Position numbers and translations under genes: made by a program
Shown: piece by piece, positions 12,900 to 24,453 of the stretch
Position numbering within the stretch: position 1 is the first letter of the stretch
Layout of the letters: the number at the start of each line of letters is the position of its first letter
NCBI GenBank assembly: GCA_002633005.1
Contig: NMRA01000207.1
Location: 519,470-583,469 of the forward strand
Source: Phoronis australis
Taxonomy: Eukaryota > Animalia > Phoronida
Direction of reading: 5' to 3'
Length of the DNA: 64,000 nucleotides
Notes under the pieces: generated by a model
What the model was told of the DNA's origin: nothing
Databases searched by the model: none
Seen by the model: the letters and a program-made list of their open reading frames with translations, nothing else

Positions 12900-13450
12900 C
12901 GCAACGCGCTCCTCTGTGTCGTCGAACTCTATACATGGGATCTTCAACAAGGCACGTTTGTCATCTGGCGCTGAGTTGAAAACGACATAGACTAGAAGTG
13001 TCCTGACGGATTGCGGTGGACAATGGTGCATAGTACGCGCGACGACAGCGAGGGAGGGGTCCTCTTTAATTGGAGCCCGTTATGCACGTGGAACGGCTCG
13101 CCCTCGATACATTAATCAGCTCCTCGAGAAGTGAGTCCATAGTATACCTTGCCAGATTTCGGTCCTGATTGAGGTGACGGTCTTGCTTTGCAACGCGGCG
13201 TCGTGTATTTGCTAAACAAGTTGGCGGAATACCTGGGGTCACAAGCTGTAAGCATAAATTACGATAGTATTTTCAAGTGCGAGAATCTTGTCGACAGCAT
13301 CGCCATAGTACGGTTACGCCGCAACCAACGATAAGTAAGTTGTCATCAAATAATATATCTAGTCTTTGGTATAGGTCTTCAGGTTCATTCGGATTTAATT
13401 TATGATTCTCAGATTGAAGCCGAATATGGCGAATTTTTGTTTGCAAAATG
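12900..13450 (-). mobile_element. Degenerate Ty3/Gypsy gag fragment, same family type as 21014-22770
   Basis: The minus strand gives LNPNEPEDLYQRLDILFDDNLL and broken ENTIV..LQLVTPGIP..LQSKTVTSIRTEI..DSLLEEL. This parallels [12 protein letters not shown]...ENVIV..LVHPGLP..TLTSI of the + strand element. Many frameshifts. Confidence 0.75.
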
Positions 13451-13547
13451 TCCAGTGGCGGATCTAGGATATCACAAGGGGGGGGCCCAACATTTTGTCC
13501 GGCTGTAAACATTTGCGCAAACTGAACCACGATTGTAGATGCGCATA

Positions 13548-14490
13548 NNNNNNNNNNNNNNNNNNNNNNNNNNNNNNNNNNNNNNNNNNNNNNNNNNNNN
13601 NNNNNNNNNNNNNNNNNNNNNNNNNNNNNNNNNNNNNNNNNNNNNNNNNNNNNNNNNNNNNNNNNNNNNNNNNNNNNNNNNNNNNNNNNNNNNNNNNNNN
13701 NNNNNNNNNNNNNNNNNNNNNNNNNNNNNNNNNNNNNNNNNNNNNNNNNNNNNNNNNNNNNNNNNNNNNNNNNNNNNNNNNNNNNNNNNNNNNNNNNNNN
13801 NNNNNNNNNNNNNNNNNNNNNNNNNNNNNNNNNNNNNNNNNNNNNNNNNNNNNNNNNNNNNNNNNNNNNNNNNNNNNNNNNNNNNNNNNNNNNNNNNNNN
13901 NNNNNNNNNNNNNNNNNNNNNNNNNNNNNNNNNNNNNNNNNNNNNNNNNNNNNNNNNNNNNNNNNNNNNNNNNNNNNNNNNNNNNNNNNNNNNNNNNNNN
14001 NNNNNNNNNNNNNNNNNNNNNNNNNNNNNNNNNNNNNNNNNNNNNNNNNNNNNNNNNNNNNNNNNNNNNNNNNNNNNNNNNNNNNNNNNNNNNNNNNNNN
14101 NNNNNNNNNNNNNNNNNNNNNNNNNNNNNNNNNNNNNNNNNNNNNNNNNNNNNNNNNNNNNNNNNNNNNNNNNNNNNNNNNNNNNNNNNNNNNNNNNNNN
14201 NNNNNNNNNNNNNNNNNNNNNNNNNNNNNNNNNNNNNNNNNNNNNNNNNNNNNNNNNNNNNNNNNNNNNNNNNNNNNNNNNNNNNNNNNNNNNNNNNNNN
14301 NNNNNNNNNNNNNNNNNNNNNNNNNNNNNNNNNNNNNNNNNNNNNNNNNNNNNNNNNNNNNNNNNNNNNNNNNNNNNNNNNNNNNNNNNNNNNNNNNNNN
14401 NNNNNNNNNNNNNNNNNNNNNNNNNNNNNNNNNNNNNNNNNNNNNNNNNNNNNNNNNNNNNNNNNNNNNNNNNNNNNNNNNNNNNNNNNN
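13548..14490. other. Assembly gap (943 N)
   Basis: Run of n. Confidence 1.
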
Positions 14491-14943
14491 CTCGTTGTAC
14501 CTAACAATAATTTGTTTCCGAGTACTTCGGGCATGGTTTAAAATTGAAAGGGGTCATTACAAGTTGAATTTATGAGAATTGTATTGTTGCATTGCGAACT
14601 GAAAACTAGTCGATTGACGGGTAGTGCGAGACAAGGCAACGAGTAAGGACAGCTTTGATTTGCTTACGAGTAGTGACTCATGATTGGCCAGACATCTGTA
14701 CTAATATGTTTTGTCTTTCCTTTTCAACGGAATATATTTGAACTTTGGGCTACAAAATGTAGAACAACCTTTCTGGTGCTTCTCTCCAGTAGACACTGAG
14801 ACACGCGGAGAGTGAAGCGCTAACTGGTCCATAAGCGATGACCTAGTTTTCGCAGAGAACCTGGCGGATGACCTAGTTTACGAATTGCTGGTAATGTAGC
14901 CTGACTGGGCTGTGCTGTTAAAAATAAAAGTTAAGTGATAACA

Positions 14944-15037
14944 TATTTGAACATAAACCAATAGTATTTCTGAAATCTTCGTCAAATGGTGATCATGTTT
15001 AGTTTTTGAATCGCCAAAATCGCCCAACTGCAACCGA
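14944..15037 (+). repeat. Dispersed repeat fragment, also present at ~41047-41142
   Basis: tttgaacataaaccaatag.atttctgaaatc.tcgtcaaatggtgatcatg...cgccaaaatcgcccaactgcaaccgaa occurs at both sites. Confidence 0.85.
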
Positions 15038-15388
15038 AGTTACGACAATCTATTCTTTCCGTATGTACACTAATTCACTCTGAGTTTGACTGTTCACATG
15101 TGGTCTGTAATAATCCTGGTAGATAATTGGCCCGCTTGTTGTCATAACAGACAAAAGAGTGTGCTTGGCAGTTAAGAAAGAAGCTAGATGTTATCACACG
15201 CTCAGAACCCCCTTCGTCTGGTAAAGTCACAAAACTGGAAAACGCTGTCATAAAGTAGCAGCGGCGGTTTATTTAGCAAAGTGACGTCTTTGACGAAAAA
15301 CGGCGCAAACTGGTGGTCGCAGTACCGAGAAGTGAGTGAGACGATGTACAATACATTTTGCCGACAGTCTTTAGATGAAGTGACAGTC

Positions 15389-15505
15389 CATGGGCAGCGC
15401 ACCATAGGGGACTGGGGGGCTATAGCCCCATGGATATGAGCGGCGCACCGGTAGGAGGCTTAGGGGCTATAGCCCCCCACTTATTTCAGTGCTGCGCCGC
15501 CCATG
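15389..15505. mobile_element. Short GC-rich MITE dimer (catgggcggcgc...gcgccgcccatg family); a related copy is at ~63205-63337
   Basis: Terminal inverted repeats and internal ggggctatagcccc palindromes. Both loci hold two tandem units. Confidence 0.7.
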
Positions 15506-15723
15506 AAGTTAGCGCCCACTGCTTCGGAGTTCGGGTCCTACAAATTTTGCTGCCACCACGCAACAAAATGCGTAAACTAAACAATGTGTCGATAGTTTAG
15601 GGGGTTTATTACGCTGACGACCACACTAAAAACCAAGTCTCACAATCACTTAAGAATAGACTGGTCCTTCCACGCGCATCTTTATGTAATGTGTAGACAT
15701 GTTCATGGATGGCTGTTCTGTCT

Positions 15724-16848
15724 TCAGTTCAGCTCCAAGTTAACGTCGTAATCGTAACTTTTGCACCGTGGGAAACTAATTGATACGGTAGATGGCGTGG
15801 ACGAGCCCATTTTTTCAGGAGGATCTGATGACGCCGCGACACGTCTGTCAGACGCACGAGGTTGCCTTCCCAAACAGGTCAAGCAAACGTTACGCAAGAT
15901 GCCTAGCATATCTCGTGCCTCTTCTCTGAAAACAGATCCTGCCAACATATATAAGTAAAAATTTGCGGCGTGGTTTATATGAACCGTGCTAGGTATAATG
16001 ATTAGAAATATTTCCTCTTCGATTGTTCTTTTGCATGTAGCACAGTCTGGATAAAACATGTACTTTACTATGTTTGGTAAGCTAAACGCCAGGAAGAAGA
16101 AAGATACCGTCGCCAAGAGGCGCGTTGCCAACTTGCTCTGCCTGGAGTAAATCGCACTTTTGCTGTGTGCAATAGCCCTTTTTTCTCGTTTCTTCATAAT
16201 GATAAGTATAATGATGTTGCACGCGCTGACCACGAGGAATGGAAGGGCGCAGTAGAAGACGATTCGAATGACACTGTTGACTGGGTGAAAGTTTTCCACG
16301 AATCCCGGGCCCATCATGCAGGTACCGTTGATAGGCTGGTACGCAACAAATGAGTACGACGAATACAAAAATGCTACCAGAAACAACAGTGAAACGGTGA
16401 CAGAGCTTCGCCATAGAGTGCACAATTGTTTTACTTTGAACGGATGGCGGACTGCAAGCACACGGTCGATAGACAAGGCAGTCAGGATCCACGCGGATGC
16501 CATTTGCCCTCCGTGTGAAATGAAATAAGTCAAACTGCAACCAAAATCAGTGCTCGTGGCGAGTTTGGTTACGTTGGCGTAAATCTCGATGTAAAAGAAT
16601 GACGATACCATAACTAGAGTGTCGGCAACAGCGAGACCGATGAAATAGACGCTGGAAGGCATCTTTCGGCGGTTTAACTGGATACTGAACACAGTAAGAG
16701 CAACTAAATTTCCAATAAGTCCGAAGATGGGGACTATTATTCTCTCGTATTTCCCTATTTGTCTCCATGTTCGAAGGGTTGCATGTTCGGCTGAACTAGG
16801 AGAGGTCTCTTGTACTTCTAACGCATCTGTGTTATTTAGTTCCCTCAT
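15724..16848 (-). CDS. Intronless class A (rhodopsin-like) GPCR, FMRFamide/peptide-receptor-like orphan (GPCR-1, 374 aa from the first ATG)
   Basis: Seven hydrophobic segments. Motifs: TM1 GN, TM2 LAVADT, TM3 Cys and SIDRVLAV.HP, ECL2 Cys, TM5 LPF, TM6 LP, TM7 INHAANFYLY, helix-8 FR; N-terminal N-x-T site. ATG at 16848; the ORF track starts at an upstream GTG. Confidence 0.93.
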   Translation of the reverse strand: MRELNNTDALEVQETSPSSAEHATLRTWRQIGKYERIIVPIFGLIGNLVALTVFSIQLNRRKMPSSVYFIGLAVADTLVMVSSFFYIEIYANVTKLATSTDFGCSLTYFISHGGQMASAWILTALSIDRVLAVRHPFKVKQLCTLWRSSVTVSLLFLVAFLYSSYSFVAYQPINGTCMMGPGFVENFHPVNSVIRIVFYCALPFLVVSACNIIILIIMKKREKRAIAHSKSAIYSRQSKLATRLLATVSFFFLAFSLPNIVKYMFYPDCATCKRTIEEEIFLIIIPSTVHINHAANFYLYMLAGSVFREEARDMLGILRNVCLTCLGRQPRASDRRVAASSDPPEKMGSSTPSTVSISFPRCKSYDYDVNLELN

Positions 16849-17319
16849 GATTAACACAGTGGCGTGTTATATTCTGTCTTAGCCAATCTTTCTCAAGCAT
16901 TATATACATCTCCAGGATTATTTTGCGGAAAGTCAGCATTTTTTACAACGATTTCGTAATCGCCTATTATCATTACGGGTATTAAATACTTTCTCGTCTT
17001 GATGGGTGCGCACTTATGACCTAGGTTGGGCTCAAAAAAAAACTTCAAAGCTTATCTGCTGGATAAAATTGATTAATGCCGATGTCAAAATAATGGCCAA
17101 CAACACGGCGCGTGCTGCCATGAGGTGAATTGGCCAGTTTCAGTGACTTGCCTCATATACATTTGGTAATCCAGACACCGTTACACTGCCTATTGAAACG
17201 GCCTATCGTGTCATCGGTAGTAATGTCGATTAAAGGGCAAACTTTATTGCGGGTACTACTTTCTTGAAAACAGTGCCTATAATTAAGCCCTAAATTGATC
17301 TGTGGATTAGAGTATCGTA

Positions 17320-19035
17320 TATGTTTTTTAATGTTTATTAAGAAGTCTTCAGTACAATGAATAAACATTGCCCAGAACGCGCCACGAGTCATTGTATCTG
17401 GGTTAAATAAATGCAAAGAAATCTACGTACAATTATAATATACACAAATACATAAATTAAAAAAACTGATGTTAAGATTACAATGACATATGATCACGAA
17501 TGTAAATAAATCCTTTTCAAACACAATAAGTTATTTTACATGTATACAATTCTATCCACTCACATAAAGTGATTAAATATTAAAAAGAAATTTTGATACT
17601 ATTTCGAATAAAACCTGATTTTCATTTGGGTTGAGTTCTTGACATCCATATGGAAAAAATTTAATTTGTTGTACATTTGAGGAATATCAGAATATTTTTT
17701 GTAAACATTGGGGTATTGTTCGAGTGTTTGGAAATGCTGTAGCCTCTGCTCCTCGCATACCTCATTAACAAAGAAAATATGAGCATTTGCCTTAGTGTCT
17801 CCACGGGAACACAGAGGTTTAAATTTCTCGTTGTTTAGGAATAGACCGCATCTAGATCTGTATAGGATTATTATGTCATGGGTGCGAGGCAGTTGGAATG
17901 ATGTCAATGGGACTGGCAAGTCTTGAGTAGTGGTATGCAGTTTAAAGTCGAGAGTGACGATTGAAGTGCTTTCTTTTATTTTGGATGATGAAGGAATCTG
18001 AGTTGTCAGTGCAAGTTGATATAGTAGATCTCCTGAAGGCTTGGCTGAGGGAAGATGGTATAGTGTATATATTACTTTGCCGCAGTCCTGGTCTTGTGTT
18101 AAGTCTTTTGTGGGAGTCAAAGAGGGTTTTGTTTGAATAATTGTTTATGTTATTTAAGACTTTGAATGTATACATGGACAGGTGGAGTTGCTAGCTTGCT
18201 CCAGTTGAGAATCTTGGTTGTGTCGGATCCTTTTGTAATTTAAGAAGTATACCAGCGTTTGCCGATTGGTAGATTATGCCACAGTAATCTAGATGTGGAA
18301 GTACAAAAGACTTGAATAGAGTTTCAAGATGCATGGAGTTGAGATGACGAGAGACAATTCGAATTGGATTGATTAATTTCGGTACTTTACGAACGAGTTC
18401 GCGACAATGAGGAGTAAATGTAAGCTTATGGTCTAGTTTGGGAGTTTATTGGGATTAACTTCCCCATTGAGTGATAATTCCAGCATTGGATTTGTTTGGA
18501 AACGAGTATTATTAGACTTAGAGAATATTAGGTCAACACTTTTTCAGGTTTAAATTTCATCTTCCATTTGTAAGACCAGTCATAGAGTTTGTTTAGGTCA
18601 GTTTGTAATTGTTAGGAGTCATGGGGATTCTCTTTTGAGAATGGGTAGAAAATTGCAGTGTCATCAACATTTAAGAATGTTTTAGAGTTTGTTATGTCTG
18701 GAAAAAAAAGCATTTACGAAACCTGGTGTTGATGAGGATGTTAAGACACCCTCAATTCGGACTCTCTAAGTTCGACATTCCAGGTATGATTTTAAAAGTA
18801 AGAGAATGGGCTGCCTGAGAAACCGTAAGATTGTAATTTATGTATAGAAGCCTGATGCACGTTGTACCCTTGCTCAAACTGGAGGTGGATTTCATGTACA
18901 ATTTCTGTAAGTTGGGACACAGTGCTGTTACCGAGCATGAATCTAAATTGGCGACGATAGATGAGGTTTTGTAAAGAGAGGTGATCAAAAATAGGTTGAG
19001 AAATTATTTTTCTAATATTTTGGATAAGGTGTTAA
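17320..19035 (-). mobile_element. Decayed CR1-group non-LTR retrotransposon, RT domain to 3' end
   Basis: The minus strand gives LSKILEK..IFDHL..NLI..QFRF..GNSTVSQLTEIVH, VDDTAIF, QTDLNKLYDWSYKWKMKF and LFKSFVLPHLDYC. The 3' UTR ends aataaacattaaaaaa at ~17320. Frameshifted. Confidence 0.85.
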
Positions 19036-20839
19036 AGTCCTTCTCTCACGCGTTGTTAACCCTTATTACATGGTTAGAAGATGTTATAAGGATCCAAGAA
19101 GTACCTACCCCATAACTAATACACAATCCGTACTCGAAAACAGTTTAAATGAACGCGCCACTCACGATTCGCACCCGAAGAACCACCGCCATTTTGAACT
19201 TGCCGCGAACCCGAAAGTACAATTCATTCAGGAACCCAGGCCGAGAAAACGCCGTCAGTGCGACTGGAGCAGTGCCTGTACTGTTACCAGCCAGCAAACG
19301 GGGATAAAATAATCGACAGCGCGCCTTAATTTTTATAAAATCAAACTACGGACAATTTTATCGAATTTGCTGAAGAAATGTGGCGAATAAATTTTGACAG
19401 AAATTATTTTGCCAGACTCGGGACCGCAGCCTATCGGACCCGGTGCGGATCGAGACCAGACACTGGCGAATGGTAAATGCATGTGGTTGCAAGCTGTTTT
19501 GTCGAAGTAAAATGGTCAAATGATAAATGCTGCATATATTCAAGGGTAGTTTCAGACACTTGCATGAAATTACGGGCTGGTTAGTCCTGTGTCACACTGC
19601 CCCGGCAGACCTTAGTTAGCCTCAGTTACCAACTACCAGTGAAGACTATAGTCAAAATACAGCTTGTTAGTAGGCCTATACAGCTTTGAGCCAAGACTAC
19701 CCTTAGGCCTAACTGGTCGCTGGCCACAAACACAAAAAACACGAAAATTGAACAAAGTTTCTTTTTTGTAGCAACGTTTGTCAAAATGTATCAATGTTAA
19801 ACCTTCACAAATTATGTAAGTAGCCGATTGAACATGCCTTTTAGTTCAGCAAAAGTCGACATTGTAGGTGCCGCCAGAAATGAGACGAAGTCCAACGGGA
19901 ATTGTGAGCACATTTATCACTTAATGAGTAACAACTGCGAGGCTGAAATTTGGTGAACACTGCTAAATCGTGCAGAATAGTAAGTAAAGTTATGTCTAAC
20001 TAAATTTCACCGTAATTTGTTGGCGAAAACAATTTACACAAAGTTTTAAACTCGTAACTCATCCCGCTGTCCTCCAATATGGCCGACGCGATCCAAACAA
20101 AGTGACCCAAATTTCGCCACAAAACTTGCAATAACTTTACAGTGCTTGCCCCGATTTTGATACTTTTTCGATTTTTACTGAGTAGAATGTACTACCTTTC
20201 CGATGATAGCAAAGTACTTTTTCAAAACGAGGAAAAAAATAAAACCGAAAAAAATTGGTTCGACCCATATTGGTTCCTAGGTTCGACCGGCCTACGTAAG
20301 GAACTAAACACCAATGCTATTTTAACATACTAAGTACGCGTAACATTCCAAAAAAATCAACGACCACTAACTACAAACTATAAATACACTACATATGCAA
20401 ACGAATCACGATATATTACTAATAAAACAAAATAATGAAGACTTTTCGAGCAAGCCATAGCACATTCAGTTACAAGGAAAAAATGGCGGCGTTCATGACA
20501 AGTTCCTGAACTGATGAGCCGGAAATGTGGGTACGGAAATAACCGATGACAACCGGTAATCATACGCTCAGAGAGAAGGGTCAAATACTGTTAAAAATCG
20601 CTTTTGGCAAGAAAGGCGAAAAGAATATAAAGAAAGGGTGTCGAAAATAAGAATTTATGTAGTAAGTATTTTCGGATACTGGAACCACATGGGCAGTTTG
20701 CAAGAAGGACTTTAAGAAAAGTTTTGGAGCGATAGTTGGCAATGTCTGTTTTGAAGTTCTTTTTGCATCATTCTGTTCGTTTAGGTTTTTCCCAGGAAGC
20801 CCTATGAGCTATCCGTTTCTGTCGATTGGACTTGTTCGT

Positions 20840-22770
20840 CAATAACCGCTCACAAAGCTTGTTATATTTAACTTACTGTCGTGGTGGCAGCTGCTCTTAC
20901 CCACCCCAAGAGACTCTAATGCAACTGCAGTCTTCAAATAACAAGAACATTTGTTATTTGTAAGTGTAAGACGTGCGTAATTGACATTTTCAGATCCGGT
21001 ACCTTCATTCAACATGGCCGTACGCACTCCTAAACTGGTCTATAACTAAAACGGAGACCATCACCGCCTATGAGAACTGGCGGCAGAATCTTATGATATA
21101 CTCTTAGTCTAGACAAAAACTTTGGCTGTTTCTGACTTCTCAGTGGTTAAAGAAAACCAATGCCAGCCCGTTGCGAGGTCTCATTGATGACAGCACCGAC
21201 GTCGATGCTGCCGAGCGACTGACCGCCGCACAAAAGAGTGCTCGACTCAAACTCATGCTCGGACAAGTGGCCAACTACTGCCCTGTAACCTCCCGGAACT
21301 CGATAGTCAAGAACTCGGTGTCTCTGGCTGACATCTGGCAAAAAATCAGACATCACTTTGGTTTTGCTTCGACCGTTGCGCACTTATTAGACCTTTGCAA
21401 TATCCGCCTGCAACCCGACGAGCGCCCCGAGGACCTCCACCAACGCTTGACTGCCTTTTCGAGGAATCTCCTCTCGCCTGACTGTGGCCTTTTCGCACCA
21501 TGGAGCCGCCGTAGATTATGAGGAGGACTTGACCCCGACGCTGGAAAATGTCATTGTACATATATGGCTTGGACTGGTCCACCCTGGTTTGCCACTTCTA
21601 GTCAAGCAAAAGTATGGAGCTGAGCTTCGTAACAACACGCTGACTTCGATTTAAACGAAAATATCTCTTGCACTGACTTCAATCCTGGATCAACTCCGGA
21701 CTATCGAGGACACCCGTGTGATGCGCATTGGTCCACCTCCTGGTCGCAGAAGAAAGCTTTATTCTTGCATTTTCTGCAAGACCGCCGGCCGACCATCGTC
21801 TTCCCACAACCTTGAAGATTGTAGATTCCTATCTGACAGCGATAAGCGTCGCATCACCAGATCACGCCGGGTTACGGACTTTGATGGAGATGACGCTGAT
21901 CCCGACGACGAGCCGTCCACCAAAGCTGCCGACGTCTCCTGTGGCTTTGTGTTACTTGATACCCAATCAGCTCGATGTGTCACTATCATGCAGTCTCCTG
22001 TCTTGAAAGCCTTCTTCGAGGATCACCCCGTGCAAGTCACACTAGAAACTGGTGCTACTACTAGCATGGTGCGCGAGTCTGCCGTATCTCTATACGGTAT
22101 GACTTTTTCCCCCGCTTCGCAGATGACCCGCCAGGCCGAAGGCATTACCATCCTTGAGGTTGTTGGCAAGATCCACTGCCGGCTTACACGTGGCTCTCAC
22201 AACTTTCGTCTGGATGCTTTGGTGGTTCGGCAGCTTGATGTTGACATTCTTGCTGGAAATCCCTTCATGTCCTACAATGACATTGCTGTTCGCCCCGGCC
22301 GTTATGCCCCAGATCGTAATTGCTAGTTGAGATGTAGTTCCCTACGGTTTCAGTATTCCCAAGCAGACATTACCCACCGAACGACTTACCCAGTCTTTTC
22401 TCTTGCGTTACCCGCAGCGTTCTGTCTTTCTTCCTGGCCAGTACGTACATCGAACTACCGACCCCGGATCATACCACTTGGGCACTCGAACCTAGTAGGT
22501 TGGATAACCCTCTTAATAAATCACACGACCCTAAGCTGGCTTGGCGAAGACCACTAGCGCCTTGCCTCCAGGCCCCCATACTAGACCACCATTTTCTGAT
22601 TCCATCAAACTTGACCCTGATTTACTTCCCTCTGACGACATGCGGGTCCGCTTCCAGTCCCTATACGCTGAGTTTGATGATGTATTCAGCCCTGCCGTTT
22701 CTAAGTACAATGGGCCAGGCGCTAGTGGGAAGATGGAGGTTGTTGTGAATGTTGGACCCACTCTCCCTCC
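20840..22770 (+). mobile_element. Degenerate, 3'-truncated Ty3/Gypsy LTR retrotransposon (LTR remnant, gag, protease)
   Basis: ATG at 21014. Gag motifs [27 protein letters not shown] and [12 protein letters not shown]; zinc-knuckle-like CIFC...H...C; aspartic protease LETGATTS (D to E) and DILAGNPFM. It breaks off at VNVGPTLPP, before RT. Confidence 0.88.
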
Positions 22771-24453
22771 GGCGTCTGTCCGGCGTCCGCTGCTTTATCT
22801 CCAAAATCCTTTGACATACGTTCATGAAATTTGCCACATATGTTCCATTCATGAATGGAACGGCATGAGCGAACTTTCGGACGGATCCGACTACCGGTGT
22901 GCCCCCTAGTGGCAATTTTAGTTTTTTAGGCTTACCTTTGTATCTTCAAAAGTCCATAACGGATTTTCATGAAATTTGGTATGTAGGCACCTATTGGTGA
23001 GATGACGCTATCCTCTCGTTTTCGGATGGATTCGACGTAGTTTGCAGTTTGCACTACCTAGTGGCCGTTTTTACTGTTTTTGAATCTGTTTTTTGCGTCC
23101 ACCCCTCTATCAACCAAACTGCTCAAAGGATGATTGTGAAAATTGGCATGTATGTTCTTACTATGAAGAGGACGGTTGACGACGATTTTCCGACGATTTC
23201 GACTACAGTGGCACCTTTCAGTGGCATTTTTTGCACCTATGCCTGTATCTCCTAAACCGTTCGCAGGATCTTTACGAAATTTAGTAAGTATATTTATATG
23301 ATGTTAACAACAAACGACGACGAATTTCGGACAGATCTGACTACTGGTGTGCCACCTAGTGGCAATTTTATTTTTTTACGTTTACCTCCGCATCTTCAAA
23401 GGTCCTCATCGTATTTTCATAAAATTTGCCATATAGGCATCTATTAATGAGATGTCGCTATCTCTCCGTTTTCAGATGAATTCGACCTAGTTTGGGCCAC
23501 CTAATGGCCATTTTTACTGTTTTCGAGTTTTTTGGCGTCCACTAATCTATCAACCAAACCGTTTTCAGGATAATTGTGAAAATTGGCATGTATGTTTTTT
23601 CTATGAAGTGGACGGCTGATGATGATTTTCTGACGACTGCGTTAACTGGGGCGCCTCCTAGTGGCAGGTTTTTTTTTCGCTCATGGCTGTGTCTCCTAAT
23701 TTTTTTGCAGGATCTTTACTTAATTTAGCTAGTGTATTTATATGATGTTGACTATGGACTACGACGACTTTCGGACAGATCTGGCTACAGGTGTGCCCCC
23801 AGTGACAATTTTAGTTTTTTACGTTTAAACAGAGACCTTAGAGAGACCGTTAGCGTCTTTGGTTTAAATCTGTATCTTCAAAGGTCCTCAACAGATTTTC
23901 ATGAAATTTTAAATATAGGCATCTATTGGTGTACCTGATGACGCTATCTTTCTGTTTTTGGAGGGAATCGAGGTATTTTGCACCACCTAGTGGCCATTTT
24001 TGCGGTTTTCAAATCTTGTTTTTGGCGTCCACCCCTGTATCAACCAAATCATTTGAATACTGGCATATATGTTCTCAGTGATGATGGTGACTGACTATTG
24101 TGGCGCCTCCTAGTGGTAGTTTTGTTTTGCGCCCGCAGTTGTATCTCCTAAACCCACTGCAGAATCTTTACTAAATTTAGTAAGTGTATTTATATGAAGA
24201 TAACAACAGACGACGACGACTTTCATGCAGACCCAACGGACACTGTGCCCACTAGTGGCAATTTCATTTTATTCTGTTTCCTTTGTTTTTACTTGACAGA
24301 TTTTTATGAAATATGGCATGTTCCTGTTTTTGAATGATTGTACGTTTTTGCGCCATCTAGTGGTCATTTTATGGTACAAATAAATAACCCTAAAAGCACA
24401 CCATTTGCAATGCATTCGTGGGTGCATTTCAACGCTCCGCGTTGCTCTTGTTT
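22771..24453 (+). mobile_element. Helentron/HINE (DINE-1-like) non-autonomous element with an internal ~480-bp higher-order tandem array
   Basis: cgtctgtccggcgtcc microsatellite-like start; recurring ttcatgaaatttgg and g.cacctagtggc motifs every ~160 bp, grouped into ~480-bp units. The 3' end has the hairpin caacgc-tcc-gcgttg followed by ctcttgttt. Confidence 0.7.

Noticed and set aside
13464-14541. Long ORFs of 321-356 aa
   Set aside because: Artefacts of the N gap.
15761-16768. Short ORFs overlapping GPCR-1 (likewise 33163-33366 and 44790-44993)
   Set aside because: Alternate-frame or antisense shadows of the real CDS.
19704-20294. taggcc...ggccta segment as a non-autonomous Academ element
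   Set aside because: The inverted match is only about 6 bp and the flanks differ (cct versus cgt).
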